Source: Chthoniobacteraceae bacterium
GTDB taxonomy: Bacteria; Verrucomicrobiota; Verrucomicrobiia; Chthoniobacterales; Chthoniobacteraceae
Direction: 5' to 3'
Length of the DNA stretch: 13,590 nucleotides
Assembly: GCA_040081625.1 (NCBI GenBank)
Contig: JBEBGD010000132.1
Coordinates: 1 to 13,590 of the forward strand
Shown: positions 1 to 8,567 of the stretch, piece after piece
How the letters are laid out: every line of letters begins with the position of its first letter
How positions within the stretch are numbered: the stretch's first letter is position 1
Program-made: the position numbers and the translations under genes
The notes under the pieces: model-generated
Seen by the model: only the letters and a program-made list of their open reading frames with translations
Told to the model about the DNA's origin: nothing
The model's database searches: none

Positions 1-3000
1 GGGCCGGACGTGCTAAGCGGAAATGGCGGCATCGACATGCTGCTCGGCGGCGCGGGCAACGATCACCTCACCGGCGGCGCGGGCGCGGACGTGCTCGACG
101 GCGGCGCCGACAGCGACACGGCATCCTACTCGACGGCGACGGTGGGAATGACGATCGACCTGCGCTTCAATCAGTTCACTGGCGATGGCGTGGGCGACAC
201 GCTCATCTCGATCGAACGTTTCGAGGGAACGAATTTCAACGACACGATCAACGGCGACGACAACTCGAACCCGCTGCTGAGCGGAATCGATGGCGACGAC
301 ATTCTCCGTGGTTTCGCCGGCAACGATCTGCTCGATGGCGGCGCGGGCGCCGACACGCTCGAAGGCGGTGACGACGCGGATTTCCTCGGCGGCGGACCGG
401 GCGCGGATGTGATCGACGGCGGCGCGGGGATCGACAGCGTCGCTTACACCAGCTCAAAAACTCCCGTCACGGTGAGCCTGCGCACCGGCCTCGGCACGGG
501 CGGCGATGCGCAGGGCGACGTGCTCATCAGCGTCGAAATTCTCTACGGCTCACCGCTGCCGTTTGGCGATCTTTCGATCCGTTATCTCGGCGAGCCGAAC
601 AGCGTCGGGACGGGCGACACGCTCGAAGGCAGCGACGGAGCCGACAACATCAGCGGGTTTGGCGGCGCGGATTTCATCGACGGCGGAATGGGCGACGACG
701 TGCTCTACGGCGACGCCGCGGGCACGAGCGGCAATCCGCCGAGCGCGCCCGGCCTCGACGATGACATCCTGCGCGGCGGTCCCGGCAACGACATGCTCTT
801 CGGCCAGCAGGACGACGACGACCTCGACGGCGGCCCCGGCCAGGACACGCTGGAAGGCGGCGACGGCAACGACCACCTGCGCACGCTCGACACCGCGAGC
901 ATTGATTTCCTCGACGGCGGCGCGGGCATCAACCGGCTCTCGGCGGATTACTCCGACAAGCCGGTGGCGATCACGTGGATCGCGGGCCAGCTCAACGACT
1001 ACACGTTCGCTGACGGCGACATGGAGCGGAACTTTCAACTCATCGGCGAACTCGACACGGGCGAACTCGACGACGTGATCCGGCTCGATTTCGTGCAGAA
1101 CGACGATTACGCGAACGTCCTTCGCACGAACGGCGGTGACGATTTGATCTACAGCGCCGATGGTCCCGATCTCGTCGAAGCCGGCAGCGGGCAGGACGTG
1201 ATTTTCGCGGGCAACGGGAGCGACATGGTGGACGCGGGCGACGGCGACGATTTCGTAAATGGTGGCGGAAACAACGCGATGCTGACTTGGGGCGGGTTCC
1301 TCAACGCGACGGTCACCGGCTTCACCGGGCCGGAAGAAGTGCTGATCGGCGGCGCGGGGACGGACACGATCTCATTCGTCGATGTCGCCAAGGCAACGCC
1401 CGGCGGCCTCTCGATCGGCGTGCACGTGGATCTCGGCGGTGACTTCACCGACTTTGGCGGGCGCGGCGTCGCGATCAGCGGCTTCGAAAACGTCATCGGC
1501 ACCGAATATGGCGACGACCTCAAAGGCACTGACGGCCCGAATATCATCAATCCGCTGCACGGCGGCGGCTACACGCAGGGCCTCGGGAGCGGGCCGGATC
1601 GCGTGGATGGCAGAGGCGGCCTCGATACGCTCGTCATCGATTTCTCACGCGAGGATTTGTCCGGCTCGACCGGCGTCACTTCGTCCGCGGGGACCGGGGC
1701 GGCGGGGAACCCGGCATTTTTCAGCCGCCAGACGGTCACCTCCATGTTCTGGTTTTCGGACTCCGTTCTCGTCACCGGCGTCGAGCAATACCAAATCACC
1801 GGCGCGAGCAAGGACGACCAGATCACCGGCGGCAACTTCAACTACGACGACATCCTCATCGGCCTCGGCGGCAATGACACGCTCAGCGGCCAGGGCGGCG
1901 GCGACACGCTGCTCGGCGGCGAAGGCGACGATTTCCTCACCGGCCAGGGCATCGGCACGCAGGCTTACAACGGCACCGCGGGCGGGTTTGATCTTCTCGA
2001 CGGCGGCAATGGCGACGACGTCGTCGAGGACATCGCATTCGACGGCTCCAACGCGCCGAGCGCGCTGGCGGCCAGCACCCGCTTCCAACTCGATGGCGGC
2101 GCGGGCTTCGACATTTTCTCGGCGAACTTTTCCGATCATCCCGAGGCGATCGTCTGGACGAGCGCCGCGCCGGCAAACATCGAGTTTCCCGACGGCGCCT
2201 ACGCGCGCAATTTCGAGCAACTGCGCCACCTCGCGAGCGGCGGGGGCGCGGACGTGATCACGCAGCTCGGGCGCGTCGCGAACATCATTTACACGAACGG
2301 CGGCGACGACGTGGTCGCGCCCGGCCTCGGCAACGACGTGGTGAACGGCGGCGCGGGCAGCAACGATTTGCTCGTGCTGGATTATTCGCTTCTCGACCTG
2401 CCGACTTATACCGGCGTCACCGGTGGCGGCGGGAACGGCGGCATCTTTCGTCGCGACATCCCCGGCGGCGGGCCGGCGCTCGATTACGTCGCTTACACGG
2501 CGTTCGAGCGCGTGAATCTCACCGGCACGCCGCGCGCGGACACGCTCAACGATCTCTCCGGTGACGACATCATCTTCACCGGCGCGGGCAACGACACGGT
2601 CACGAGCGTCGGCGGAAACAATTACTTCGACGGCGGTGACGGCGACGACGTGCTGACCGGCTACGCCAACAGCGCGACGAACGTGAACGACACCTTCATC
2701 GGCGGCGAAGGCAACGACACGCTCAACGGCCAGTCCGGCAGCGACACGCTGATGGGCGGCCCTGGCAACGACACGCTCATCGGCGCGGGCGCGTTCGGCT
2801 TCGCGCCCGGCGGGCTCGATCTGATCGACGGCGGCGACGGCGACGACTTCGTGGACGAGTCGTATGGCGTCGCTGAGGCGTTCCAATACATGCCCGTCGG
2901 GACGGTGCTGAAACTCGATGGCGGCACGGGCTTCGACATCCTCTCCGCGGATTTCGGGAGAGAGACGCAGGACATCGTCTGGATCGCGGGCCAGGTAAAT

Positions 3001-4101
3001 GTGAACGAGTTCGCGAACGGCGGCTACATTCGGAACTTCGAACAGATCATCGAATTCACGACCGGCACGGGGAACGACCTGCTCATCCAGCCAGGCCGGA
3101 TCAATAACGAGTTTTCCACGCGCGGTGGCAACGACATCGTCAATCCCGGCCTCGGCATCGACATCGTTTTTGCCGGCAGCGGCGGCGACGATTTGCTGAT
3201 CCTCGATTATTCGCTCGGCGACGACGCGAACCTCGGCGGCCTCATTTTCACCGGCGCCTCCGGCACGCGGCGCAACACATCGACGAACGCGATCGTCGAT
3301 AGCATCAACAACGGAAACGGAAACGGCTTCGATCGCCTCCAAATCACCGGCGGCTCGAAGGCGGACAACATCACCGGCGGCGAGGGCGCGGACATCCTCG
3401 TCGGCAACGCGGGAGACGACGCGCTCAATGGCGGCAATGGCGACGACTTTCTCGACGGCGGCCCGGGCGCCGACTCGATGACCGGCGGCGCCGGCAACGA
3501 CCGCTTCATCGTGGACGCCATCGCGGACATCGTGAGCGAAAACTCCGGCGGCGGGATCGACACGGTGGACGCGCACATTGACTACACGCTGCCCGCCAAC
3601 ATCGAGAACATCGTGCTCGTCGGGCGCGCGCTCACCGGCACGGGCAACGCGCTGGCGAACATCATCACCGGCAACGCGCGCAGCAACGTGCTCAGCGGCG
3701 GCGATGGCGCGGACATCCTCACCGGCGGCTTCGCCGTGGGGCTCGCCGGGTCGCAGGAGATCGACCGGCTCAACGGCGGCGCGGGCGCGGATACGTTCGT
3801 GCTCGGCGACGTGAACCAGCGGTTCTACGACGACCGCTCCTCGCTCACGCCCGGCACCGGCGCCTACGCGCAGGTCGAAGATTTCACGCCATCGGCCGGC
3901 GATCGCCTCCGGCTCAAGGGCGGTGCCGCGGAGTATTTCCTCGGAGCGTCCGGCGTCGCCGGCGTGTCGGGCACCGGCCTCTTCCACGACACCGACGCGG
4001 ACGGCGCTTTCGATCCGGGCTACGACGAGTTGCTCGCGATCCTCGACTCGCCCGACGCGCTCACTCCAGCGAACACGATCAATGCCGCGATGTTCGTCTA
4101 G
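1..4101 (+). CDS. Large RTX-family (hemolysin-type calcium-binding repeat) secreted protein, 5'-partial
   Basis: The frame is open from base 1 (GPDVLSGNGG...) to TAG at 4099-4101, so the true start is probably upstream of the window. It has dozens of GGxGxDxLx nonapeptides (GGAGNDHLT, GGPGNDMLF, GGEGNDTLN) and is Gly/Asp-rich with no Cys. The C-terminus (EIDRLNGGAGADTFVL...EDF...DRLRL) is typical of type I secretion substrates. Confidence 0.93.
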   Translation, partial: GPDVLSGNGGIDMLLGGAGNDHLTGGAGADVLDGGADSDTASYSTATVGMTIDLRFNQFTGDGVGDTLISIERFEGTNFNDTINGDDNSNPLLSGIDGDDILRGFAGNDLLDGGAGADTLEGGDDADFLGGGPGADVIDGGAGIDSVAYTSSKTPVTVSLRTGLGTGGDAQGDVLISVEILYGSPLPFGDLSIRYLGEPNSVGTGDTLEGSDGADNISGFGGADFIDGGMGDDVLYGDAAGTSGNPPSAPGLDDDILRGGPGNDMLFGQQDDDDLDGGPGQDTLEGGDGNDHLRTLDTASIDFLDGGAGINRLSADYSDKPVAITWIAGQLNDYTFADGDMERNFQLIGELDTGELDDVIRLDFVQNDDYANVLRTNGGDDLIYSADGPDLVEAGSGQDVIFAGNGSDMVDAGDGDDFVNGGGNNAMLTWGGFLNATVTGFTGPEEVLIGGAGTDTISFVDVAKATPGGLSIGVHVDLGGDFTDFGGRGVAISGFENVIGTEYGDDLKGTDGPNIINPLHGGGYTQGLGSGPDRVDGRGGLDTLVIDFSREDLSGSTGVTSSAGTGAAGNPAFFSRQTVTSMFWFSDSVLVTGVEQYQITGASKDDQITGGNFNYDDILIGLGGNDTLSGQGGGDTLLGGEGDDFLTGQGIGTQAYNGTAGGFDLLDGGNGDDVVEDIAFDGSNAPSALAASTRFQLDGGAGFDIFSANFSDHPEAIVWTSAAPANIEFPDGAYARNFEQLRHLASGGGADVITQLGRVANIIYTNGGDDVVAPGLGNDVVNGGAGSNDLLVLDYSLLDLPTYTGVTGGGGNGGIFRRDIPGGGPALDYVAYTAFERVNLTGTPRADTLNDLSGDDIIFTGAGNDTVTSVGGNNYFDGGDGDDVLTGYANSATNVNDTFIGGEGNDTLNGQSGSDTLMGGPGNDTLIGAGAFGFAPGGLDLIDGGDGDDFVDESYGVAEAFQYMPVGTVLKLDGGTGFDILSADFGRETQDIVWIAGQVNVNEFANGGYIRNFEQIIEFTTGTGNDLLIQPGRINNEFSTRGGNDIVNPGLGIDIVFAGSGGDDLLILDYSLGDDANLGGLIFTGASGTRRNTSTNAIVDSINNGNGNGFDRLQITGGSKADNITGGEGADILVGNAGDDALNGGNGDDFLDGGPGADSMTGGAGNDRFIVDAIADIVSENSGGGIDTVDAHIDYTLPANIENIVLVGRALTGTGNALANIITGNARSNVLSGGDGADILTGGFAVGLAGSQEIDRLNGGAGADTFVLGDVNQRFYDDRSSLTPGTGAYAQVEDFTPSAGDRLRLKGGAAEYFLGASGVAGVSGTGLFHDTDADGAFDPGYDELLAILDSPDALTPANTINAAMFV

Positions 4102-5503
4102 GACGTTTCACCTCGCGTGGATCTCGCTGGCGCTGGTCGGCCCGGCGTGCGCGGACATCACCGCGACGTGGAACGGCACATCGGGCAATTGGACTGACGC
4201 TGCGCGCTGGAGCACGGCGCCGATTTTTCCGAACAACAACGCGCCGGATTTCTACGATGCGGTCATCAATGCCGGCGTGATTGCGTTGAATCAAAACATC
4301 GCGATCAATCAACTCGCGCTCGGCGGCGGGACGCTCGGCGGCGGCTCGACGCTTTCGCTCGCGGAAGGCTTCGCGTGGAGCGGCGGCGCGACCGTCGCCC
4401 TGACCGGCGCGGGGAAGTTCGTGCTCGGGGTGGGCAGCGCGAGCGCCGTGTCGGGCAGCGCGGTTTTCCAATCCGGCACGATCGTGGGCGGCGGCGCGGC
4501 GACGATCGGCGTCCCGTCCGGCGCGGCGTTTCTCGCGCTGAACCAGGCGGCGTTTTTCGCCGACATCGCGAGCCCGGCTTACACCTTCGACAATGCCGGC
4601 ACGTTCACCGCGCGGGCGACCAGCGGCGCGGGTTTCACGTCGATGGATGCGGTCTTCAATAACACCGGCGTGGTCAACGTCGAACTCGCCGGCGGGACTT
4701 CGCACACGCTCTCGCTCGCGGGCGGCGGCGTGCACTCCGGCGCGTTTCATTTGCAGGCCGGCACGACCGTCGAGTTTGGCGGCACGACGACCTTGCAAGA
4801 CGGCGCGAGCTTTGACGGGAACGGCATCGGCGTCGTGGCGGGAAATGTTCTCGTTACGGGCGGCATCAGCGGCGGAAATCTCACCGTCGCGGTCGGTGAA
4901 TTGAACCTGGGCGCGTCCGTCTTCGACCTCAGCGGCACGGCGCGACAGACTGGCGGCACGCTGCGGATCGGTGGCGGCACACTGAGTGTCGCGGCGGGGC
5001 TCGGCACGCTGATCATGGACGATGGCACGCTCACCGGGGTCGGCACGCTCGACGCGAATCTAAGCGCGCAAGGAATCATCGCGCCCGGCGCGGCGCTCGG
5101 CACGCTGGGTGTCAGCGGCGCGGCGGCGTTCGGCACGGACGCGCAACTCGCGATCGAGATCGGCGGCGCGAGCGGGGGAAGTTTCGACCTTCTGACGACC
5201 GCCAGCGCGTCCCTCGGCGGCACGCTCGACCTGCGTCTCTTCAACGGCTTCATGCCGGGTTTCGGCGACTCGTTCACGATTCTCACCGCCAGCTCCGGGG
5301 TGAGCGGTTTCTTCGCGAACGCGCCGCTCGACGGAAGCCGCCTCGACACGACGGACGGCCTCGGGTCGTTCGCCATCGACTACACCGCGACGTCCGTCGT
5401 GCTCACGCAATTTATCCCGGAACCGTCGTCTGTCTTGCTCGCTGCCGTCGCGGGTTCGCTGCTCGTCGCCCGACGTCGTCGAGCTACTTCCGCTTCACGC
5501 TGA
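4082..5503 (+). CDS. PEP-CTERM sorting-domain surface protein with Gly/Thr-rich autotransporter-passenger-like beta-strand repeats
   Basis: ATG at 4082 is followed by a signal-peptide-like segment (MPRCSSRTFHLAWISLALVGPACA-DITATWNGTSGNWTDAARWS). The C-terminus is IPEPSS + hydrophobic helix (VLLAAVAGSLLVA) + RRRR. The ORF-track start at 3923 lies well inside the RTX gene and is unlikely. Confidence 0.9.
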   Translation: MPRCSSRTFHLAWISLALVGPACADITATWNGTSGNWTDAARWSTAPIFPNNNAPDFYDAVINAGVIALNQNIAINQLALGGGTLGGGSTLSLAEGFAWSGGATVALTGAGKFVLGVGSASAVSGSAVFQSGTIVGGGAATIGVPSGAAFLALNQAAFFADIASPAYTFDNAGTFTARATSGAGFTSMDAVFNNTGVVNVELAGGTSHTLSLAGGGVHSGAFHLQAGTTVEFGGTTTLQDGASFDGNGIGVVAGNVLVTGGISGGNLTVAVGELNLGASVFDLSGTARQTGGTLRIGGGTLSVAAGLGTLIMDDGTLTGVGTLDANLSAQGIIAPGAALGTLGVSGAAAFGTDAQLAIEIGGASGGSFDLLTTASASLGGTLDLRLFNGFMPGFGDSFTILTASSGVSGFFANAPLDGSRLDTTDGLGSFAIDYTATSVVLTQFIPEPSSVLLAAVAGSLLVARRRRATSASR

Positions 5504-6350
5504 TCTTTTTGAACCGCTGCGTGATGTCCACGAGCGACGCTTCGACGCCGAGGCGTTCGAGGCTGCTCGCGCCGACGAAGCCGACGCAGCTCGTGCGGTC
5601 GATGACTTGCTGGGCGTCTTCGGGCGCGGCGATGGGGCCGCCGTGGCAGAGGAAGAAGATGTCCTTTCGCACCGCGAGCGCGCCATCGATGACGGCTTGC
5701 GTGCGGGCGATGGCGTCGTCCATCGAGCACGTCGCGCCGGTCACGCCGATGCTGCCGCCGATCGTCGTGCCGACATGCGCGATGATGCAATCGGCGCCGG
5801 CTTCGGCCATGGCGCGGGCGTCCTCGGGGGTGGCGCAATAGACCGTGGAGAAGATGTCCATCTTCGAGGCGATGGCGATCATCTCGTATTCCTTCTTCAC
5901 GCTCATGCCGGTTTCTTCGAGCACGTTGCGGAAGTGGCCATCGACGATGCAGTGCGTGGGGAAATTGTTCACGCCGGAGAAGCCCATGTCTTTGACCTGC
6001 AAGAGCCAGTGCCACATGCGGCGGCGTGGATCGGTGGCGTGGACACCGCAGATGACGGGGCATTCCTCGACGATGGGCAGCACTTCGTATTCGCCGATCT
6101 CCATCGCGATCGCGTTCGCATCGCCGTAGGCCATGAGGCCGCAGGTGCTGCCGTGGCCGGCCATGCGGAAGCGGCCGCTGTTGTAGATGATGATAAGGTC
6201 GGCGCCGCCCTTCTCGATGAACTTCGCGCTGATGCCGGTGCCCGCGCCGGCGGCGATGATCGGCTCGCCGCGGTCGAGCGTGGCTTGGAGGCGTTCGCGC
6301 ACTTCGGCGCGGGTGTAAGGATTTCCGGTTCCGGTCCAGGGATTGGGCAT
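5484..6350 (-). CDS. Phosphoenolpyruvate hydrolase-like / TIM-barrel signal transduction family protein (homologous to the C-terminal domain of plant Tm-1), 288 aa
   Basis: This is the C-terminal part of track ORF 5484..8330, starting at MPNPWTG (CAT at 6348-6350). Family motifs: PIIAAGAGTGISAKFIEKGGADLIIIYNSGRFRMAG, GLMAYGDAN, GFSGVNNFPT, LEETGM, LCHGGPI, GFVGASSLERL. Confidence 0.92.
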   Translation of the reverse strand: MPNPWTGTGNPYTRAEVRERLQATLDRGEPIIAAGAGTGISAKFIEKGGADLIIIYNSGRFRMAGHGSTCGLMAYGDANAIAMEIGEYEVLPIVEECPVICGVHATDPRRRMWHWLLQVKDMGFSGVNNFPTHCIVDGHFRNVLEETGMSVKKEYEMIAIASKMDIFSTVYCATPEDARAMAEAGADCIIAHVGTTIGGSIGVTGATCSMDDAIARTQAVIDGALAVRKDIFFLCHGGPIAAPEDAQQVIDRTSCVGFVGASSLERLGVEASLVDITQRFKKISVKRK

Positions 6351-6361
6351 GGGAGGAGTGA

Positions 6362-6497
6362 GTTTCGGGTTTCGGGTTTCGGGAGAGTGCGATGAAAGAT
6401 CATGGCGCGCGGGAATGCGAGCGGATGTGCGGTGGCGATAGACGAGCGTGCAGGAGCAACCCGGAACCCGAAACCCGGAACCTGAAACCCAAATCCC
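6362..6497. repeat. Inverted pair of heptamer tandem arrays: (GTTTCGG)x3 ... (AACCCGR-like)x5
   Basis: GTTTCGG GTTTCGG GTTTCGG G at 6362-6383, and AACCCGG AACCCGA AACCCGG AACCTGA AACCCAA at 6458-6492. The two units are reverse complements, separated by about 74 nt. Confidence 0.85.
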
Positions 6498-6506
6498 GCT
6501 CCGCTC

Positions 6507-6535
6507 TTGCCCCCCGCCACGGAGCGATGCACCGT
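6507..6535 (+). promoter_or_regulatory. Putative sigma70-type promoter giving a leaderless kinase mRNA
   Basis: TTGCCC (6507-6512), 17 nt, CACCGT (6530-6535), 7 nt, ATG 6543. No Shine-Dalgarno is present. Confidence 0.4.
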
Positions 6536-6542
6536 CCGCGCC

Positions 6543-8567
6543 ATGTCTTCGGACGACGCGCCGACAATTTCCGATTTCCAGTTCGAAGTCACACTCAGCG
6601 CCACGGGGCCGGGTGCGCTGGTCTTTGGCCGTTACCGACTCGAGCGCGAACTGGGCCGCGGCGGCATGGGCGTGGTGTGGTTGGCGCACGACGAGAAGGT
6701 CGATCTGCCCGTCGCGCTGAAATTTCTCCCCGACATCGTCGCGCGCGACAGCGAGGCGGTCGATGAACTCAAGCGCGAGCTGCGCCGCGGGCTGAGCCTC
6801 ACGCATCCCGGCATCGTGCGCGTGTATTCCTTCGAGCAGGACGACACCGGCGCCGCCATCGTGATGGAATACGTCGATGGCCCGACGCTCTCGTCGCTCA
6901 AGCTCAAGCAACCGCTCACGTGCTTCGATGCGGAGGATCTGCTGCCCATGATCGAGCAGCTCTGCGTCGCTCTCGATTACGCGCACTTCGAGGCCAAGAT
7001 CGTCCACCGCGACCTCAAGCCGCGGAACCTCATGCTCACCAGCAAGGGCCGGCTGAAGATCGCCGACTTCGGCGTCGCCACGAGCATCTCCGACACCGTC
7101 TCGCGCGTGTCGCTGCGCAAGGACGGCTCCGGCACGCCGCCTTACATGAGCCCGCAGCAGGCCTTCGGCGAAAATCCGTCGCCGGGCGACGACATCTACA
7201 GCCTCGGCGCGACGCTCTATGAACTGCTCACGGGCCGCCCGCCTTTCTATCAGGGCAATATCCTCGCGCAGGTCCAGCAGCGAGTTCCGCCGGCGATGAG
7301 CGAGCGGCGCGAGGTGCTCAAGGTCGCCGGCAAAAAGCCCATCCCGCCCGAGTGGGAGGCCACGATCTCCTCGTGCCTCGCGAAGCTCGCCGACGATCGC
7401 CCGCAGCGCGCCGGCGAACTGATCGAGATGCTCCGCGGCCAGCGTCCGCCACCGCACGGCGGGCACACCGACGTCGTCCCGATCAATCCCGCACTTTCCC
7501 CGCCGGTGAGCCGCGAAGCCCTGCCGCGCGCGAAGGCCGTGCCCGCCCCTGAGACCGCCGCCGATCCCGGCGCGGAAGACGATGAGGCGACCACTCGCGC
7601 TGCGCCCGCACGCCGCGGCAAAGTAGGCGCGGGCCTCGTGCTCGGGCTCTTGCTCGCGGCGGTCGGCGGCGTGTGGTGGTGGCAGCAGCAGCAGATCGAA
7701 AAGGCGCACTCCGACCTGCGCGAAGTCCAGGCTCAGGTTCCCGCCGCGCCAACGCCGGGGGTCGCACCCGCGCCCGTGGCCACGCCGATTCCCGCCGGGG
7801 GCAAGCCGATGCGCACCGCCGATGAGGAAGCCGCCGAGGCCGGACGCATCCCCAAAGCCAGCGCGCCGTGGGAGAACTCCCTCGCCATGAAGTTCGTCCC
7901 CGTGCCCGGCATCGCCGCGCTCGTGAGCATCTTCGAGACACGCGTGGAGGACTACCGCGCCTTCGCCGTCGAGACGAGGCGACCGCAGACTCCCACCGAA
8001 TTCGTGCAAGGCGGCGACCATCCCGTCGTCAACGTGACATGGTTCGACGCCGTCTCCTTCTGCGAATGGCTTACCCGCAAAGAGCGCGCCGCGGGCGTCC
8101 TCGGCAGCACGCAGCGATACCGGCTTCTCACCGACGCCGAGTGGAGTCGCACCGCCGGCATCGTGAAAGAACTCGGCGCCACCCCGGCCGAAAATGACCG
8201 CAAGATCACCGAGATATTCCCGTGGGGCACCGCATCCGTGCCGCCCAATGGCACCGAGAACCTCGCTGGCGAAGGCGAAACGGTGCTGACCGAGAAGGAA
8301 CTCATCGGATACCGCGATGGGTTCTCGCACACCGCGCCCGCGGGCCGCTTCCCCGCCATCGCCTCAGGGCTGCACGACATCGGTGGCAATGTCTCCGAGT
8401 GGGTCGAGGAGTGGTTTGACTCCACGGAAAGCGAACGCACCACGCGCGGCGCGGCCTTCATCTACATCTCCGATCACGACCGTTGCTCGACCTTTCGCTG
8501 GCATCTGGCGCCGGGCGAGATGGCCGACTACATCGGCTTCCGCGTGGCGCTGGATGCGGGCAAGTGA
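6543..8567 (+). CDS. Membrane-anchored Hanks-type Ser/Thr protein kinase with C-terminal formylglycine-generating-enzyme (FGE-sulfatase/SUMF1)-like domain
   Basis: Kinase motifs: LGRGGMGVVW, VALK, HRDLKPRN, DFG, GTPPYMSPQQ, DIYSLG. These are followed by a Pro/Ala linker and a TM helix (GAGLVLGLLLAAVGGVWWW). FGE-like motifs: ENSLAMKFVPVP, HPVVNVTWFDAVSFCEWL, YRLLTDAEW, FPWG, GLHDIGGNVSEW, GFRV. ATG 6543 is preferred over TTG 6507. Confidence 0.93.
   Translation: MSSDDAPTISDFQFEVTLSATGPGALVFGRYRLERELGRGGMGVVWLAHDEKVDLPVALKFLPDIVARDSEAVDELKRELRRGLSLTHPGIVRVYSFEQDDTGAAIVMEYVDGPTLSSLKLKQPLTCFDAEDLLPMIEQLCVALDYAHFEAKIVHRDLKPRNLMLTSKGRLKIADFGVATSISDTVSRVSLRKDGSGTPPYMSPQQAFGENPSPGDDIYSLGATLYELLTGRPPFYQGNILAQVQQRVPPAMSERREVLKVAGKKPIPPEWEATISSCLAKLADDRPQRAGELIEMLRGQRPPPHGGHTDVVPINPALSPPVSREALPRAKAVPAPETAADPGAEDDEATTRAAPARRGKVGAGLVLGLLLAAVGGVWWWQQQQIEKAHSDLREVQAQVPAAPTPGVAPAPVATPIPAGGKPMRTADEEAAEAGRIPKASAPWENSLAMKFVPVPGIAALVSIFETRVEDYRAFAVETRRPQTPTEFVQGGDHPVVNVTWFDAVSFCEWLTRKERAAGVLGSTQRYRLLTDAEWSRTAGIVKELGATPAENDRKITEIFPWGTASVPPNGTENLAGEGETVLTEKELIGYRDGFSHTAPAGRFPAIASGLHDIGGNVSEWVEEWFDSTESERTTRGAAFIYISDHDRCSTFRWHLAPGEMADYIGFRVALDAGK

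Noticed and set aside
1645..3987. 780-aa minus-strand ORF
   Set aside because: It is the codon-aligned antisense frame of the GC3-rich RTX gene, which is expected to lack stops, and it has no domain motifs.
3923..4081. Upstream extension of the PEP-CTERM ORF
   Set aside because: It overlaps the RTX coding region, is Ser/Arg/Pro-rich off-frame sequence, and the signal peptide starts at ATG 4082.
6351..8330. N-terminal 660 aa of the 948-aa minus-strand ORF (apparent giant fusion to the TIM-barrel protein)
   Set aside because: It is the antisense shadow of the kinase gene plus translated heptamer repeats. It has no recognisable motifs, and family similarity begins only at MPNPWTG (6350).
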